A DNA stretch of 63,737 nt, counting the filler, from Octopus bimaculoides (lineage: Eukaryota), in assembly GCF_001194135.2 (NCBI RefSeq). It is 6 parts of 6 records of this genome, joined end to end, with 100 filler letters (N's around TTAATTAATTAA, not from the genome) between each part and the next. Parts side by side here need not be neighbours in the genome. Positions count along the whole stretch, not along the records: positions 22,251 to 47,875 come from NC_068991.1; 5 more parts are not named here. One strand, given 5' to 3'. Position numbers and translations under genes: made by a program. How positions within the stretch are numbered: the first letter of the stretch is position 1; every line of letters begins with the position of its first letter. This document shows, in pieces, positions 23,750-36,179 of the stretch. The notes beneath the pieces are model-generated. The model saw nothing but the letters and a program-made list of their open reading frames with translations. It ran no database searches and was not told the origin of the DNA.

Positions 23750-26700
23750 TTTATCTTTTATCTTTTACTGGTTTCAGCCCAGAGTTGAGGCCATGCTGGT
23801 GCACCACCTGTAGTTAATCGGTGTTATTTCCGATATTGTTTTTGGTGAAGTAGCAAGTTGGATGGAGCTGCTCTTCTTTGCATCTCCTGTCGCGATGTGG
23901 CGTCATCTGGTATCTCAGATATAAACCTGTCCAGATGTTCCTTGAAAACTTCCACATCAACACCATGTACATCTCTAAGGTTGCCCAGCAGGATGTTGAA
24001 CAATTGCGGGCCCTTGAAACCCAGATTATTGCAGTAGTGTATCCTTACTTTAGATTAAGAAGACAAGCTTTTTGGTATGATGCAGTGCTGTCTAGTTCAA
24101 GGATTGGTATAGCTGTCATTTCCAAAACTGGGAGCTAAACCCTCCAAGATCTTCCAAATATATATTACTGCATATCTTTCTAATCTTCTCTCCAGGGAAA
24201 AGAGACTCAGCTCCTTTAGATTCTCCCAGTAGCCCATTTTTTGCAGCGAGTCAATCTTCTTTGTGTATTCGTGCTGGATTGCTTCAAGTTCCACAGATTG
24301 TTTCACACTTTCGGGGACCATAGTTGGGAGCAGTAGTCTAAGCAGCTAAGAAAGAAAGTCTTCCATAGGAGTAGCAGGGCTCCCCTCTTCCTGGTTCTGA
24401 ATGTTATCAGAATCCATCCAGCCATTCGCCTGCACAGTACTGCCATCTTACTAATATGCACATGGAATGTTGCATCATTGCTCATGTGAAACCCCAAGTC
24501 ATGCACCGACTCTGACTCTGGGATCATATTACTTTCTGGTGCAGTGTATTTCGATTTTAGTCTGATGTTGGACTGATAATGGAGTGCCTGAAATTTCATA
24601 GCATTAAACTGCATGTTATTTTTGTTAGCCCATTTGCAGGTTTCGTTCAGGCATTTCTACAGTTTTATGATATCCTCTGGGTTCCTAACTACCTGCAATA
24701 CTTTTGTGTCATCAGCATAACTGGTCAGGTTGGTTAACTATACCATAGAGAGCATGTCTGAGAGGGCCACCACAAATAGTAGTGGCCCCAGTACAGTTCC
24801 TTGTAGGACTACACTGAGAATTGGTGTCTTTTCAGAGTGAGCACCATTGGCTACAACTGTCTGACTCGTGCCCTTCAGAAAATTATGCAGCCACTCTCCC
24901 AGTTTCCCAGTAATACCAAAGTTTTGCAGCTTGTGACAAATCATGCCATGATCAACCTTGTCGAAGGCCTTGGCAAAGTTCAGGTATATCACGTCTACAG
25001 CTGACTGGTTTAGCTGTTGCTTCAGTACCCAGTCAAAATGCTGCAGCAGCTGTGTGAGGCAGCTCCTCCCTGGACAGAAGCCATATTGCATGTTTGTGAG
25101 AAGGTTGTTTTCTTCTAGGAACGTGATCAGCCTTTTTCTGACAATGTGTTCCATTGCCTTGCTAACATGTGAGGTCAGAGAGATGGGCCTGTAGTTTTTG
25201 GCATCTGCTCTGCTCCCTCCTTTATGGACAGGGCATATTATACCCTCTTTTAGCATGTTGGGAAGTCTACCACATGCAAGGAAACTCTGAAAGAGTATCT
25301 GTAGTGGCTTTGCAAGAGCCTTTCTACATGTCTTTAAGAGAACAGCTGGGAGTCCATCTGGGCCTGTTGCTGAGTTTAATCTCATCTCATCAATGGCCAA
25401 TATTACATCCTCTTCTATTATATTGATATAATCGATAGTTGCCTCTTTTCCGAATAGGTTCATTACATTGAATAATTTCTCAGGCTTGTTTATTTGCCAG
25501 TGGAGATGTGAAAACACTTCAGAATTGTTCATTTAGTGCTTCACTTATCTTTCTCGGGTCTGCAGCTAATGAGCCGGTTTTACCAAATAGTGGTCCTATC
25601 TTATAGCATACTGAGGCAAACTCCTTTGCCAACATGTAGAAGGCTTTAGGATTTATTTTTATTTTTTCGACTGCCCAGGTTTCTTTTTCTTCTCTTTCTT
25701 TTTCATGGGAGATTTTCAGTTTATTTTTAATCTTGAACTGTTCCTCTTTCAGGTGGGATTTTACATTGTCATTGAGGTGTTTGTTTAAATGATTTGAGAT
25801 CTTTATTCTCTGCCACATGAGTATTCTCCTGTCTCAGGGAATGTCTCTGGGACATATTCAATGCATATGGCTCCCATTATTGACATGAAATTATTGAGTT
25901 TCATATCTATGTCTTGCATAGAGAGGCTTTTAGGCCAGTCCTGCTGGAGTATCTGTTTTTCAAGTCACTTCCAGTCAGCCTCAAAGAAATTTAGGCTGGA
26001 TAGGGTTTGAGCACCATCTGTGCAGAGTTTATCTTTAGTTAATTCTGGGACATACATTGTCAGTTCTATAATGTTATGGTCTGAAAATATTGTTGGTGAT
26101 ATACTTACATTGTGAATAATTTCCACATTGTTAGTAAAACAGAGGTCCAGGATATCTTTGTGCCTGGTTGAAGAGAGTATGATCTGCTCCATGAATAGCA
26201 TTTTCATAAGATCAAGTAGAGATTCTGCTTGATTTCGCTCTTTGTGTGTCATTCCTGTGGTTATGTTGCTCTCAGACTACCTGATGTTGGGGAAGTTGAA
26301 GTCACCCATCAGAAATATAGTAGTACGTTGATCCAATTGTGTTAGTGCTTCCTTTATCGCACTGAGGCTTTCCTCAAATTTTCCATCATGATTTGAGGCA
26401 TCAGGTGGACGATATAGTGTACATATCACTATATCAAGTTGCTTTAGATGTACTATGAGTGTGTCACCGAGTTTGAGTTTAATAACATGATTAATGGTGT
26501 GACATCTTCACAAATGTATATTGCAACTCCACCATGATTTCTTTTTCTTCTGTCTGTACAGAAGATAGCATACATTGGTATGTGTATCTCCACATCACTT
26601 ATGTCTGCAGACTGATGTGCTTCTGTAAGTGCAATGCATATAGCTTGATTGCATGCAGAAAGATTCTTCATGTACTCAATTTTGCATTTCTGCAGCTGGC

Positions 26701-28300
26701 CTCTTATTTTCATCAGTAGAAATAGCGTTAATGTTGGTGTGCTGGGTGGCAGTGGTAGCCATCCGGGGTCCATCAATTGTGGCGGTCTTGTGTGCGAGGG
26801 TACATAGCTCAGCTTTGCCTGTAGCCATGACAACTGGTGCGCTATTTCCTGTGACACACTTAAAAAATGTTGTTGCTCAACCGCTGCAGCTTGTACTACA
26901 TCTGCATATGACTTCTGTCTGACCTTCTTCTGTGGATTTGTGCTAGGATATAGATTTTTCTAAGTGTGGTTGTTTCTTCGTTGGGTGAGTGGTGGATTTT
27001 GCTCCACCACTGGGTTCACAAAGTGGCAGTTTGTCACACTCTCTCCATGCCAGCAGACACCGCTTTTGTGGAACTTGCAGATAAACCTTTTTCTCTGAGA
27101 GGGCCTAATTTTAGTTTTTAGTTTAGAACCATTTTCACTTGGTTTTCATCTGGTTTCTTCTTTTTCTTCTACATTGCTGCTTTGGGAGGTGTTGGGAATG
27201 TGGTTGTTTGCACTTTTCTCGATTCCTTCTTTGTTGAGCTTTTTAACTTTGGTGTTGATGTTGCCATTACTTTCTGTGTGAGGTTTCTCACAGGCAGTGT
27301 CATCATTTTTTTGCCACTTTTGAAAATGATATCCAGTTTCTCCAGGTGTGGCCATATGAGCACATAAGATCAGATGAACTCATTCTCCTTCTACTCTATT
27401 TGTGCCACTGATCTGGAGAAACCATTGCTCTTCAGGGCAGCTGTAGTCAAATTATTTGGTGAATCACCTTCTGCAATTTCCCAGGCAAGTAGGAACAATT
27501 CTATCTCTGTAGACTTCCAATTTCTTGGCATCTTCCTTGTGCTGTATGGCTGTGGTGGAGTGTGCGGTGAGTTTTTGAGTGCAGGTATGGAGAGAACAGG
27601 GGTGTGATGGGAGAAAGTACGGAGGGGAGTGAGAAGTTGGGTAGATGAGGGGTGAGTAAGTTGTGGGAGGGAAGAGACCCAAAGGGGGTGACAGAGGAAA
27701 TGTGAGGGGGCAGACAGGAAAGTTGAGGCAGAGAAGGGACAGAGAGGAGATTGAGAGGGAAGCAGAGATGAGGGCAGGGTAAGTATGCAGGGGAAAGAAT
27801 GGGCAGGTAACAATGGGGGATAGGGTTGTAGGTGTAGGTGGATTGAGATAGGGAAGTAGAGAGTAAGTGGGAGTGAGAGAGAGGGAAAGAGAGAGACTAG
27901 ATTATTTGTAAATAAGAGCAAAGTTGTGGAATAAAAAGAGTGAGAGGAAGAAATTATATATTTGGAGAAAGTGAGAGAGAAGGGAGGGAGAGACTAGATA
28001 CATATTGAATCTAGTACAGAGAGAGAGAAAGGGAGAGGGGAGTATGTATGGCTAGTGTTTGAGTGAGAGAGTAAGTCAGTAAATATATTTGGAGAAAGTG
28101 GAAGAGATGGAGAGAGACTAGATACATATTGATTCTACTATAAAGAGAGAGAGGGAGCATGTATCGTTTGTGAGTGAGAAAAGTAAAGCAAGAGGAGTAA
28201 GTATATTTGTAAATAAGAGCAAAATGATTGAGAGAAAAGAAAGTGGAAGTTACATGAGATATATATATTCCAGCCTGGCTTGGTTTGTTTTTGTTTTGTA
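23750..28300 (-). mobile_element. Near full-length, decayed CR1-clade LINE (5' UTR, ORF1-like, APE endonuclease, RT, 3' tail)
   Basis: APE: ICIALTEAH..AIFCTDRRKRNHGGVAIYI..VICTLYRPPD..GDFNFPNI..ILDLCFTN..FSDHNIIE. RT: SATGPDGLP..KNYRPISLTSHVSKAME..QYGF.PGRSCLTQLL..YLNFAKAFDKVDH..QGTVLGPLLF..YADDTK. 3' tail ends in (TAAAAGA)n. The 5' boundary is uncertain (28300-28530). Confidence 0.92.
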
Positions 28301-28978
28301 AGCTCTGAAAGAAAAGTGAATTATTTGAATAGAGGAGAAACACTTGCCTAACTTACAATCAAAATAAATAAATGGGTTAGAAGAAATAGAAAGCCAGTAT
28401 TTATCAGACCTCGTTAGAAAGAAAAATATATAAACAAAGAAGAGAAGAGAAGGAAAGAAAAGAAAATGAAAAGAAGATGTCATCGTGTAGCTCCGAAACA
28501 AAAACAAAATACAGAGAGGAAAGGTCAATAACTTATAACTTTTTCCAGGACCTTTTGTTACTTTAATTATAGCAAATGCACATATACTTATCTTATTTTG
28601 AGTTTTTCTTAAAGCTGAGGTGGATCTCAGGAATTTTATTTACTTTCCGCGTAAACATGGGGAGGAACTTCTTGATCAAAGAAACAGCGGTGTTTTGACT
28701 TCATGTTTTGTCGAAGATTCTTTCTGCTCAGTATATTTATCTAGGTGATTTTAAATATATTGTAATTTTATAGATACATTGTATTTTAGTATAATTTCCT
28801 GATCAGTTTACTGTTTTCTTTGGAATATTTTTACGGGTTTTCAGGAGCACAGAAAAACACGCGAACCATACAAACTAGAAGTAAATATATNNNNNNNNNN
28901 NNNNNNNNNNNNNNNNNNNNNNNNNNNNNNNNNNNNNNNNNNNNNNNNNNNATATATATATATATATATATATATATA

Positions 28979-30118
28979 AGACAGTGTGTGAGAGAGAATT
29001 GTGAGGTCATAGGAGAGAAATGTGTCCGCATGGATGATGGTTCACTTGCACTAAACAAGGCTGCAAAGAGAGAGGTTTGGAGACGCCACTATGAAAGGTT
29101 ACTCAATAAAGAAAATGAATGGGAGAAAAAGAGTCTGCCGAATGTTGACCCAACAGAGGGACCAGCTATCCTTATTGACAGTACCTTGGTAGATAAAGCA
29201 ATTAAAAGTATGAAGACACGCAAAGCCCCCGGCCCATCAGGAATCACTGCAGAGATGCTCAAAATATCTGGCAGTGTCAGCTATAGCCTAGTCACCCGTA
29301 TAGTTAACAAGGTGATACACGAAGGAGTCATACCCAATGACTGGTGTAGCAGCACCATAGTCAACTGCTACAAAGGTAACGGTGATGCTTTAGATACAAA
29401 TAATTACAGAGGTATCAAGTTGTTGGATCAGGTAATGAAGGTCATAGAGAGGGTCATAGCCCAACTAATTAGGGAGAGAGTCAGTTTAGATAAGATGCAG
29501 TTTGGGTTCGTGCCAGGGAAAAGCATCACTGATGCTATATTTCTGGTAAGACAGCTGCAGGAGAAATACCTAACCAAAGATAAACCACTGTACCTGGCTT
29601 TCATTGACTTGGAGAAAGTCTCTCACAGGGTCCCCTGATCCCTTATCTGGTGGTCAATGAGGAAACTAGAAATAGATGAATGGTTAGTGAGAGCTGTGCG
29701 AGCCATGTACAGAGACGATTTCAGTAAGGTGAGGGTTGGAAACGAGTACAGTGAAGAATTTCGTGTAGAGGTAGGGGTCCACCAAGGTTCAGTCCGCAGC
29801 CCCCTCCTGTTTATCATAGTTCTCCAGGCAATAATACAGGAATTCAAGACAGGATACCCCTGGGAGCTCCTCTATGCTGATGACCTTGCTCTAATTGCTG
29901 AGTCACTATCAGAACTAGAGGAAAAGTTTCAGGTGTGGAAGCAAGGATTACAATCGAAGGGACTTAGAGTCAACCTAGCTAAAACCAAAGCCCTAATAAG
30001 TAGGAAGGTAGACAAACCACAAATCCCTTCAGGTAGATGGTCCTGCTCGATCTATAGTAAAGGCGTAGGTAGAAACTCTATAAGATGTACCCAGTATAAG
30101 CTATGAACATATAAGAGG
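28979..30118 (+). mobile_element. RTE (BovB-like) LINE reverse transcriptase fragment
   Basis: KAPGPSGITAEMLK..NYRGIKLL..MQFGFVPGKS..FIDLEK..GVHQGSVRSPLLF..LLYADDL. ORFs 28820-29638 and 29657-30106 are in the same frame, separated by a single TGA. Confidence 0.95.
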
Positions 30119-30199
30119 TAAGAGCTCTCTGAACTTTGCCCAGACTATTCTTATTCTAGCAGCTACACTTTCAGCGCACCCTTCCCCGCTGCTGACTTG

Positions 30200-31090
30200 G
30201 TCACCTAGGTAACAGAAGCTATCAACTACTTCTAGTTTTTCTCCCTGGAATGTGGCAAAAGTTGTTCTCTGCACATTTTCAGTGTTTATTGCTCCTGAGC
30301 ATCTGCCACATACAAAAACTATCTTTCTAGTTAGCCTTCCTTTGATATTGCTGCACCTCTTATATGTTTATAGCTTACACTGGGTACAACTTATAGAGTT
30401 TCTACTTACTGCGGATCAGGAGTCAAACGTCTTCACAGGCAACTGAAGGCCACTCTATGCACCACTCCTGATCTGCAGTCTTGGACAGAATTCCTGCCTA
30501 TCGTTCTTCATGGTTGTCGCACTGCTGTTAAAGCAGACTTAGGTTTCTCCTCTGCTGAGCTTCTTTACCGTACCACCCTGGCACTCCCTGGTACAATGTT
30601 AGTGCCAGACAACTCATTGCTTCCTGATCCAATGTCGTATGTCACCAGACTTCACTCCTTTCTCTCGAGTATTCCACCCATGCATCCGCGTGACCAGTCT
30701 ATTCCCTCTCACATCCCACTGGATATTGACAAATGGACTCATGTTTTTGTTCGGGATGATTCTGTCAGAGGACCTCTTATTTCTCCTTACAAAGGACCAT
30801 TTCATGTGCTGTCGCACACACCCAAAATTTCTACTCTCGACATCGGTGGTCGGGCTTGAGACCGTGTCAGTTGACAGACTGAGGCATATTTTGAAGTTTC
30901 CACGCTCTTTGATGACACTCCGGCCACGCCCACTTTTGATCCTTTACAACCACCCTCACATGTACCTTTGACCACACCATCACCTACACCACCACCTTCG
31001 TCGCCACAACCTAACACAAACACGCCTTATGTCACCAGGACAGGCCGCACTGTGCATTGGCCCAAAAAACTCACCAAAACTATTTATATC
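30200..31090 (+). mobile_element. Ty3/Gypsy integrase C-terminal region, decayed
   Basis: RLHRQLKATL..WTEFLPIVLHGCRTAVKADLGFSSAELLY.TTLALPG..THVFVRDD..PLISPYKGPFHVL (GPY/F module)..VSVDRL..TRTGRTVHWPKKL. Confidence 0.88.
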
Positions 31091-31328
31091 TGACAATCTC
31101 TTTTGTTTCCTTTGACAGACAATTGCTTTCTTGTGTTACTGAACACTTCCAATACTCTGTTATTGAATATTTTGTCAAATTTTGTGCATGCCAATTTATA
31201 TTTCTTGCAATTATTTTTCTATTTGACTTGTCACATTTTTGTACCATATCTTGTTGGTTGCAATCAGTTAACATCTTTGCTCTTTCTTGTGCCTGCTCCA
31301 ATTATTCTGTTTTCACACTGCCGTTCTC

Positions 31329-31740
31329 AGTGGGGAGCCCTTGTAGCGGCACAAGCAGTCAGTGCCATATTGGATGAGATCTTGCCAGCAGCCATTGCCA
31401 TCTCCAAGACTGGAGCGAGATCTCATCTGCATCCATTTGCCATGCTCGAGATCACAACGAAGCTCGCAATGGCAAACTGGATATAAGGGCCCAACAAACA
31501 GATTCTCTTCCTCTTCTTCACCACAAGCGCTTGCTGGACACACATATTTGCTGGCTGGGTCTCCAGGCTAGTCCTGTGTGCACGTCGTATCTCCAGAGGT
31601 AATGGGTCTGTGTTAATGGAGATACAACGAAACGTACACAGCTTGAGATGGTATACTGAGAGCGACATGCATCATTTATTCTGTGTAATGATGTAAATAA
31701 AACTGGTTGTGAATTTGCATTTCCACTTGAGACTTCTTTC
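31329..31740 (+). mobile_element. Polypurine tract and putative 3' LTR of the Gypsy element
   Basis: AGTGGGGAGCCC (31329-31340) followed by TGTAGCGG (31342); TATA-like ATATAAG at 31481; AATAAA at 31696-31701; runs into a gap. Confidence 0.65.
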
Positions 31741-32559
31741 NNNNNNNNNNNNNNNNNNNNNNNNNNNNNNNNNNNNNNNNNNNNNNNNNNNNNNNNNNNN
31801 NNNNNNNNNNNNNNNNNNNNNNNNNNNNNNNNNNNNNNNNGGAAAGTCAGGTGTACATCTAATGATGTATAACCCACTTTCCACTAAAAAGTAAATAATG
31901 AATTGACAAGACAGTTCTAGACGTGTAATAAGTGCTTATTGTATTCACGATAAGACATGATTGTAACCCAGTGAACCTAGATATGAATACATGTCATACT
32001 GTGAGAAAAGTAGGTGTACTATATAACTGATAAGATTTCTGATAAAATTTTCGTGTTGAACTTAAATTTTCCCATGGGGAAAAAAATTGATTATGACAGG
32101 TATTTCTACCTAAAAAATGGCAGAGAGAGGAGACAGCACATGTGTGGAAAAGAAACTGGAATGTATCTATGAGTGACTTTATACCAAACAGTTGAGAGGT
32201 CATTCTTTGGATGTAGTCTTGAATGTCTGTGTAGCAGTGGTATTCCATTATGGATTTAACCTGAACTTTGCAGAAGGCTAATTGTCATTAGTATTTTTGT
32301 ATCTCTGAAGAGAAGGGCTAGTCATTTAAATGCAATTTTTGCATGCAATTGCCAAAAAAGATCCTTAGGTACGGTGAAATACTGTGAGTATTTGTAGAAG
32401 TCATAAGAGCTCTGGATGTATGTTTAGTGGTGGTGAAATGTGATGAATGTAATGCTGTTTTCTTGATATATATAGTGATTTTTTTTTCATTTTTTGTTTA
32501 AAAAAAAAATAACATGACCCTGTTGAACGATGTGTTTTCAAGGTCTTTTTCATGTAGTC

Positions 32560-33500
32560 TATACAGATTTGGTACGCGAATGAACTCTTAGGTGCTGAAG
32601 GTTAAGAAGGAATAGATGTTGTTGCAAGTGATGGTAAGTATGGCTTTGAAGGGATAGAAAGTATAGAAGAAAGACTGGTGGATAGAACCAAATACTGAAG
32701 ACATCAGAGTTGATAGGATTGGATAGGAGATTCACATACCTGATACAATTAAAATTGAAAAATTTGATGCTGCTGAGGGCCATCGTTATTTTCATTAAGT
32801 TTCTGTTGAGCAAAAACTTAGACTACTAAGAGTGATGTAAGATTGTAGGTCCTCAATATATCCAACTTTATGAAACCTGTAAAAGTGATTATTGAGGAGT
32901 GAGAGACATTCAAGTTGCTGGAGAATTTCATTAATGGTTGTCTTTATTACCTGTGAGATGTTGGAAGTGGGTGCAATAGGATGATAGTTGGCAGAGTTAT
33001 AAGGGTTGTTCTTGCTAATGGAACACATTGTAGTGTATTTTCAAAGATTGGGATATAAAGCTGTTGACAGAGAGATTAAAAAATTTGTGACTATGGAGGT
33101 TAAATCTCAAGGGAAATATTTGAAGTAATATAAGTAGAAGGAACATTGCCAGAGCTGGTGGTCTTGTTTGTTTAAAGCAACCAGATGTACTTTCATATTT
33201 GGTGTATGTGTATGCATAGTGGAGTAGAAGGGGATAATTATGAATATTTTCTGAATGTGTGTAGCTTGAAGTTGGATGCAACCTGGACAGCGAAGGTGGA
33301 GTTTTTCTCTTGTCGTAGTATTCACAAGTTCACCATGGTTTAGAAGTGTAGGAAAGGGGGATTCCGAAAGTTGGTACAGATCCTTTTGATAATGGAGCAA
33401 ATAAATTATCTGCAATTTGAGAGCTAAGATAGCTTGTAAAAAGTATGATGTATGAAAGCATTCCTCATAGTTTGGATGGTTGAATTGGATCATTGAATTT
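32560..33500 (-). mobile_element. Highly decayed L2/CR1-superfamily LINE RT fragment
   Basis: SANYHPIAPTSNISQVIKT.INE..LECLSLLNNHFYRFHK..EDLQSYIT resembles NYRPIALTS..LESxxLLxDHQYGFR..DLLSYVT. Confidence 0.6.
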
Positions 33501-34019
33501 GTGCTTTGTGAGGATGTGGAGGATGGCTTTTGTTACTGACTTTGCTGTTTCTGATAAATGAGCTGTGATGCATACACACTGCTAGGGATAATTAGTAGAG
33601 AAATAGTAGAGCACTTGTCATTTAGTTGACCTGAAGTACCAAAGGATCAGGGAGATAAGAGAGAGCATTATGTAGTATGTAATTGAGTTTGGCAGTAGTA
33701 ATAAAGCAGTGGCCAAAGGACCCATTAGAGGCAGAGACAGGAGTAAAAAAAAACTTTCAGGAGAGCCAGACAGCAGATCTTCAGGGAAGAAATCCCTGTC
33801 AAGCAAGAGTTTTGGACCCTAACTTCTTGCACTCTAGGGGGACCAGCCACATACAGGATGATCCCTGGGTTCCCTTCTACTGATGCATTCTAGCTATCAG
33901 AGATTTACGTATTTAAACTGCATGGAGATTTGATCTAGTTGGAACACTTCTCCACTGATTCTGCTTTCAAGCTTATATTTAAATAAGAAATAATATTGGT
34001 AGTCATGGAATCAGTGAAA

Positions 34020-35780
34020 TGTCAACAGTGTCAATGCTACCACCATGACTCACTCAAAGTTATTTCCCTTAGTGTTAAAATACAAACATATTACCCTCAA
34101 ACGGTATGGTGGTCATTTTTATTTCTCCTCGACCAGCTCCAGCTGGAACACTGATCCACTGTTTCTGATATTGCCTTTAGGGCTTTGATCCTGTTCTTCC
34201 CAGAGACAGAGAGTTGTTTCATGAAATCATAAGCAGATTTGCCCTCAAAACCTCTGGCTCCAACCTCTATGGCAAGAACCTTGACCTAGAAGTTGGTTTC
34301 CCTCGGGCTGTTGGCCAAACTGGTGTATTTTTCAATTTTGAACTCTACTTTCAAATGATACAGTGAGTTCAATCAAAATCAGTTCCTTTGATGAACTGGA
34401 ATGGAGTATGATATCCAACCTCAAGTCATCCTTCCTGATGATTTCTGGTTGCTTTGTTGATCCTGAAAGACCTGCTGAGCATTCCCAGTAAATCACACCA
34501 CCCAGAAGACTCCACTCCCATGCCCCACATGGCATAGCTGTTCCTGACAATGATTTGCTGCCTCCTGCAGTGTAGAATGTTGTTGGAAAATCTGGTGCTA
34601 CAGATTTTACTTTTGCTGTACTTATCACATGTGCAATCGCCTTAAGCACTTAATTATGCATCCATGTGCATCTTATTTGGGCTGTACTGTTATGCATGAG
34701 CTCATAACATGTTCGGTTGTCTGACTACTTTGGCAAAGTTAGTACTCTGGGTTATTTAATTTGCCCCACTTCACTAGATTCACATTTGATAGCAGATCTA
34801 AGGATAAAATTTATTCTAAGAGTTGCCATATGCCAAAGGTCATTCCAGCTGAGACACTTCTGGAGTGCACCTTCCCACATCATTCACTGGCCCTGTTGAG
34901 ACTCTGCTGTACTGCTTTGGGATTCTTATGACATCTCTTTCTTTTTTTACCTCTTGTAAAATCAGATTTCTCCTGATCTTTTCCTTGGCCTCTGATCACC
35001 ATTCCATTTTTGTTACTTCCAGTCCCTGACTATTGGCCTGAATGTATCCCATTATTTCTTTAATCATAGGTTTTCCTTTGATGAATCCACCACCTCCTGA
35101 GCTTTCCATTTCCTGTCTGTCTTCAGCTTGAGCTGGACTGACCTCACAACCTTGTCTTCTGCGTCTTCTGACTTTGTATTCCTCAACGATGGACTTGATA
35201 AGTAGCTTCAGTAGAGTGCAACATTAATGAGACCTAGTGGAACACCAAGCCACTTCCTTGTGTACTTACTGGTTTTGGCTTCCATATCCTTAACTGTACT
35301 AGTGCTAATATCATAAATCAGTAGAAAACAGAGAAGCTTTGCAATTAACATGAACTACAATCACCAAACCCTGTATTTGCTAGAGAGGCCACACTGCAGA
35401 TCCTTTTCCACCATTTGTTTGGTTTTAATTTCCCCTTTCATATCTTTCAGGGTATCATCATATTACTTTCCTGGGTTTCTGACTGGTTCCTCTATTACTT
35501 TTGGGATACTTTGATTAAGTATTGTGAACACAATTCTTTTCATTAATTTCCTTTCCTGTAGAGAGAGGATCTGAGATGTCTTTGGTTTGAACCTCATTCT
35601 AGAAGATGCAACTACCTCATCCAACTGTTTCAGTATCCTGCATGCTTCATCCTCCTTTGTGAAACGACTGTAGTGTTGTCCATGAAGGCTTTTAGAGTTG
35701 GCATCCAAAATCCCATTGCTGCCTTCAAGATGAACTCCATTGCTACACAAGCGGTATGAGGGAGATTGCACAACCCATCA
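34020..35780 (-). mobile_element. Decayed HERO/NeSL-like non-LTR retrotransposon (RT end, zinc knuckle, restriction-like endonuclease)
   Basis: RMRFKPKTSQILSL..IPKVIEEPVRNPGK; WEGALQKCLSWNDLWHMA.LRI.FILRS; EHVMSSC..HN.VLKAIA; LRLDIILHSSSSKELILIELTVSFESR; AIEVGARGF..KALKAISETVDQCSSWSWSRRN. Confidence 0.82.
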
Positions 35781-35811
35781 CTTTGCTGACTTATTGTAGT
35801 GGCACGAAATT

Positions 35812-35895
35812 ATAGCCGCCATTGAGGAAGTACTATTCTGCACATGCGCAGGGGACTTCACAACCGGAAGCCCCTCGAGTTGCACATGCGTAGTA
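35812..35895. promoter_or_regulatory. Candidate promoter-like motif cluster (YY1-, NRF1-, ETS-like sites)
   Basis: GCCGCCATT 35815-35823, TGCACATGCGCA 35839-35850, ACCGGAAG 35863-35870, TGCACATGCGTA 35881-35892. Motif match only. Confidence 0.3.
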
Positions 35896-36179
35896 AAACT
35901 CGTACTTAAGCAGTTACTTTCATTTTCTCAGGGAGTTGAGCCTACGACCTTCTACGTGACAACACCTCGCTCCTCCATGAAGCACTTTTACACTGTTCTC
36001 TGGCATTACCAAACTATAATTTAATCAGCGGCGGCTAAGCAGAATGACAGGAATTGTGAAACCAAGCATCATCATCATAAATAAAACCTTTTTATTATAT
36101 TGTTAATTGTTCTGATGTCTCTTCATTAAAAATGCTGTTGAAAGGTGATAGAGAGAGACTAAAGTCTCTATGACAACTA

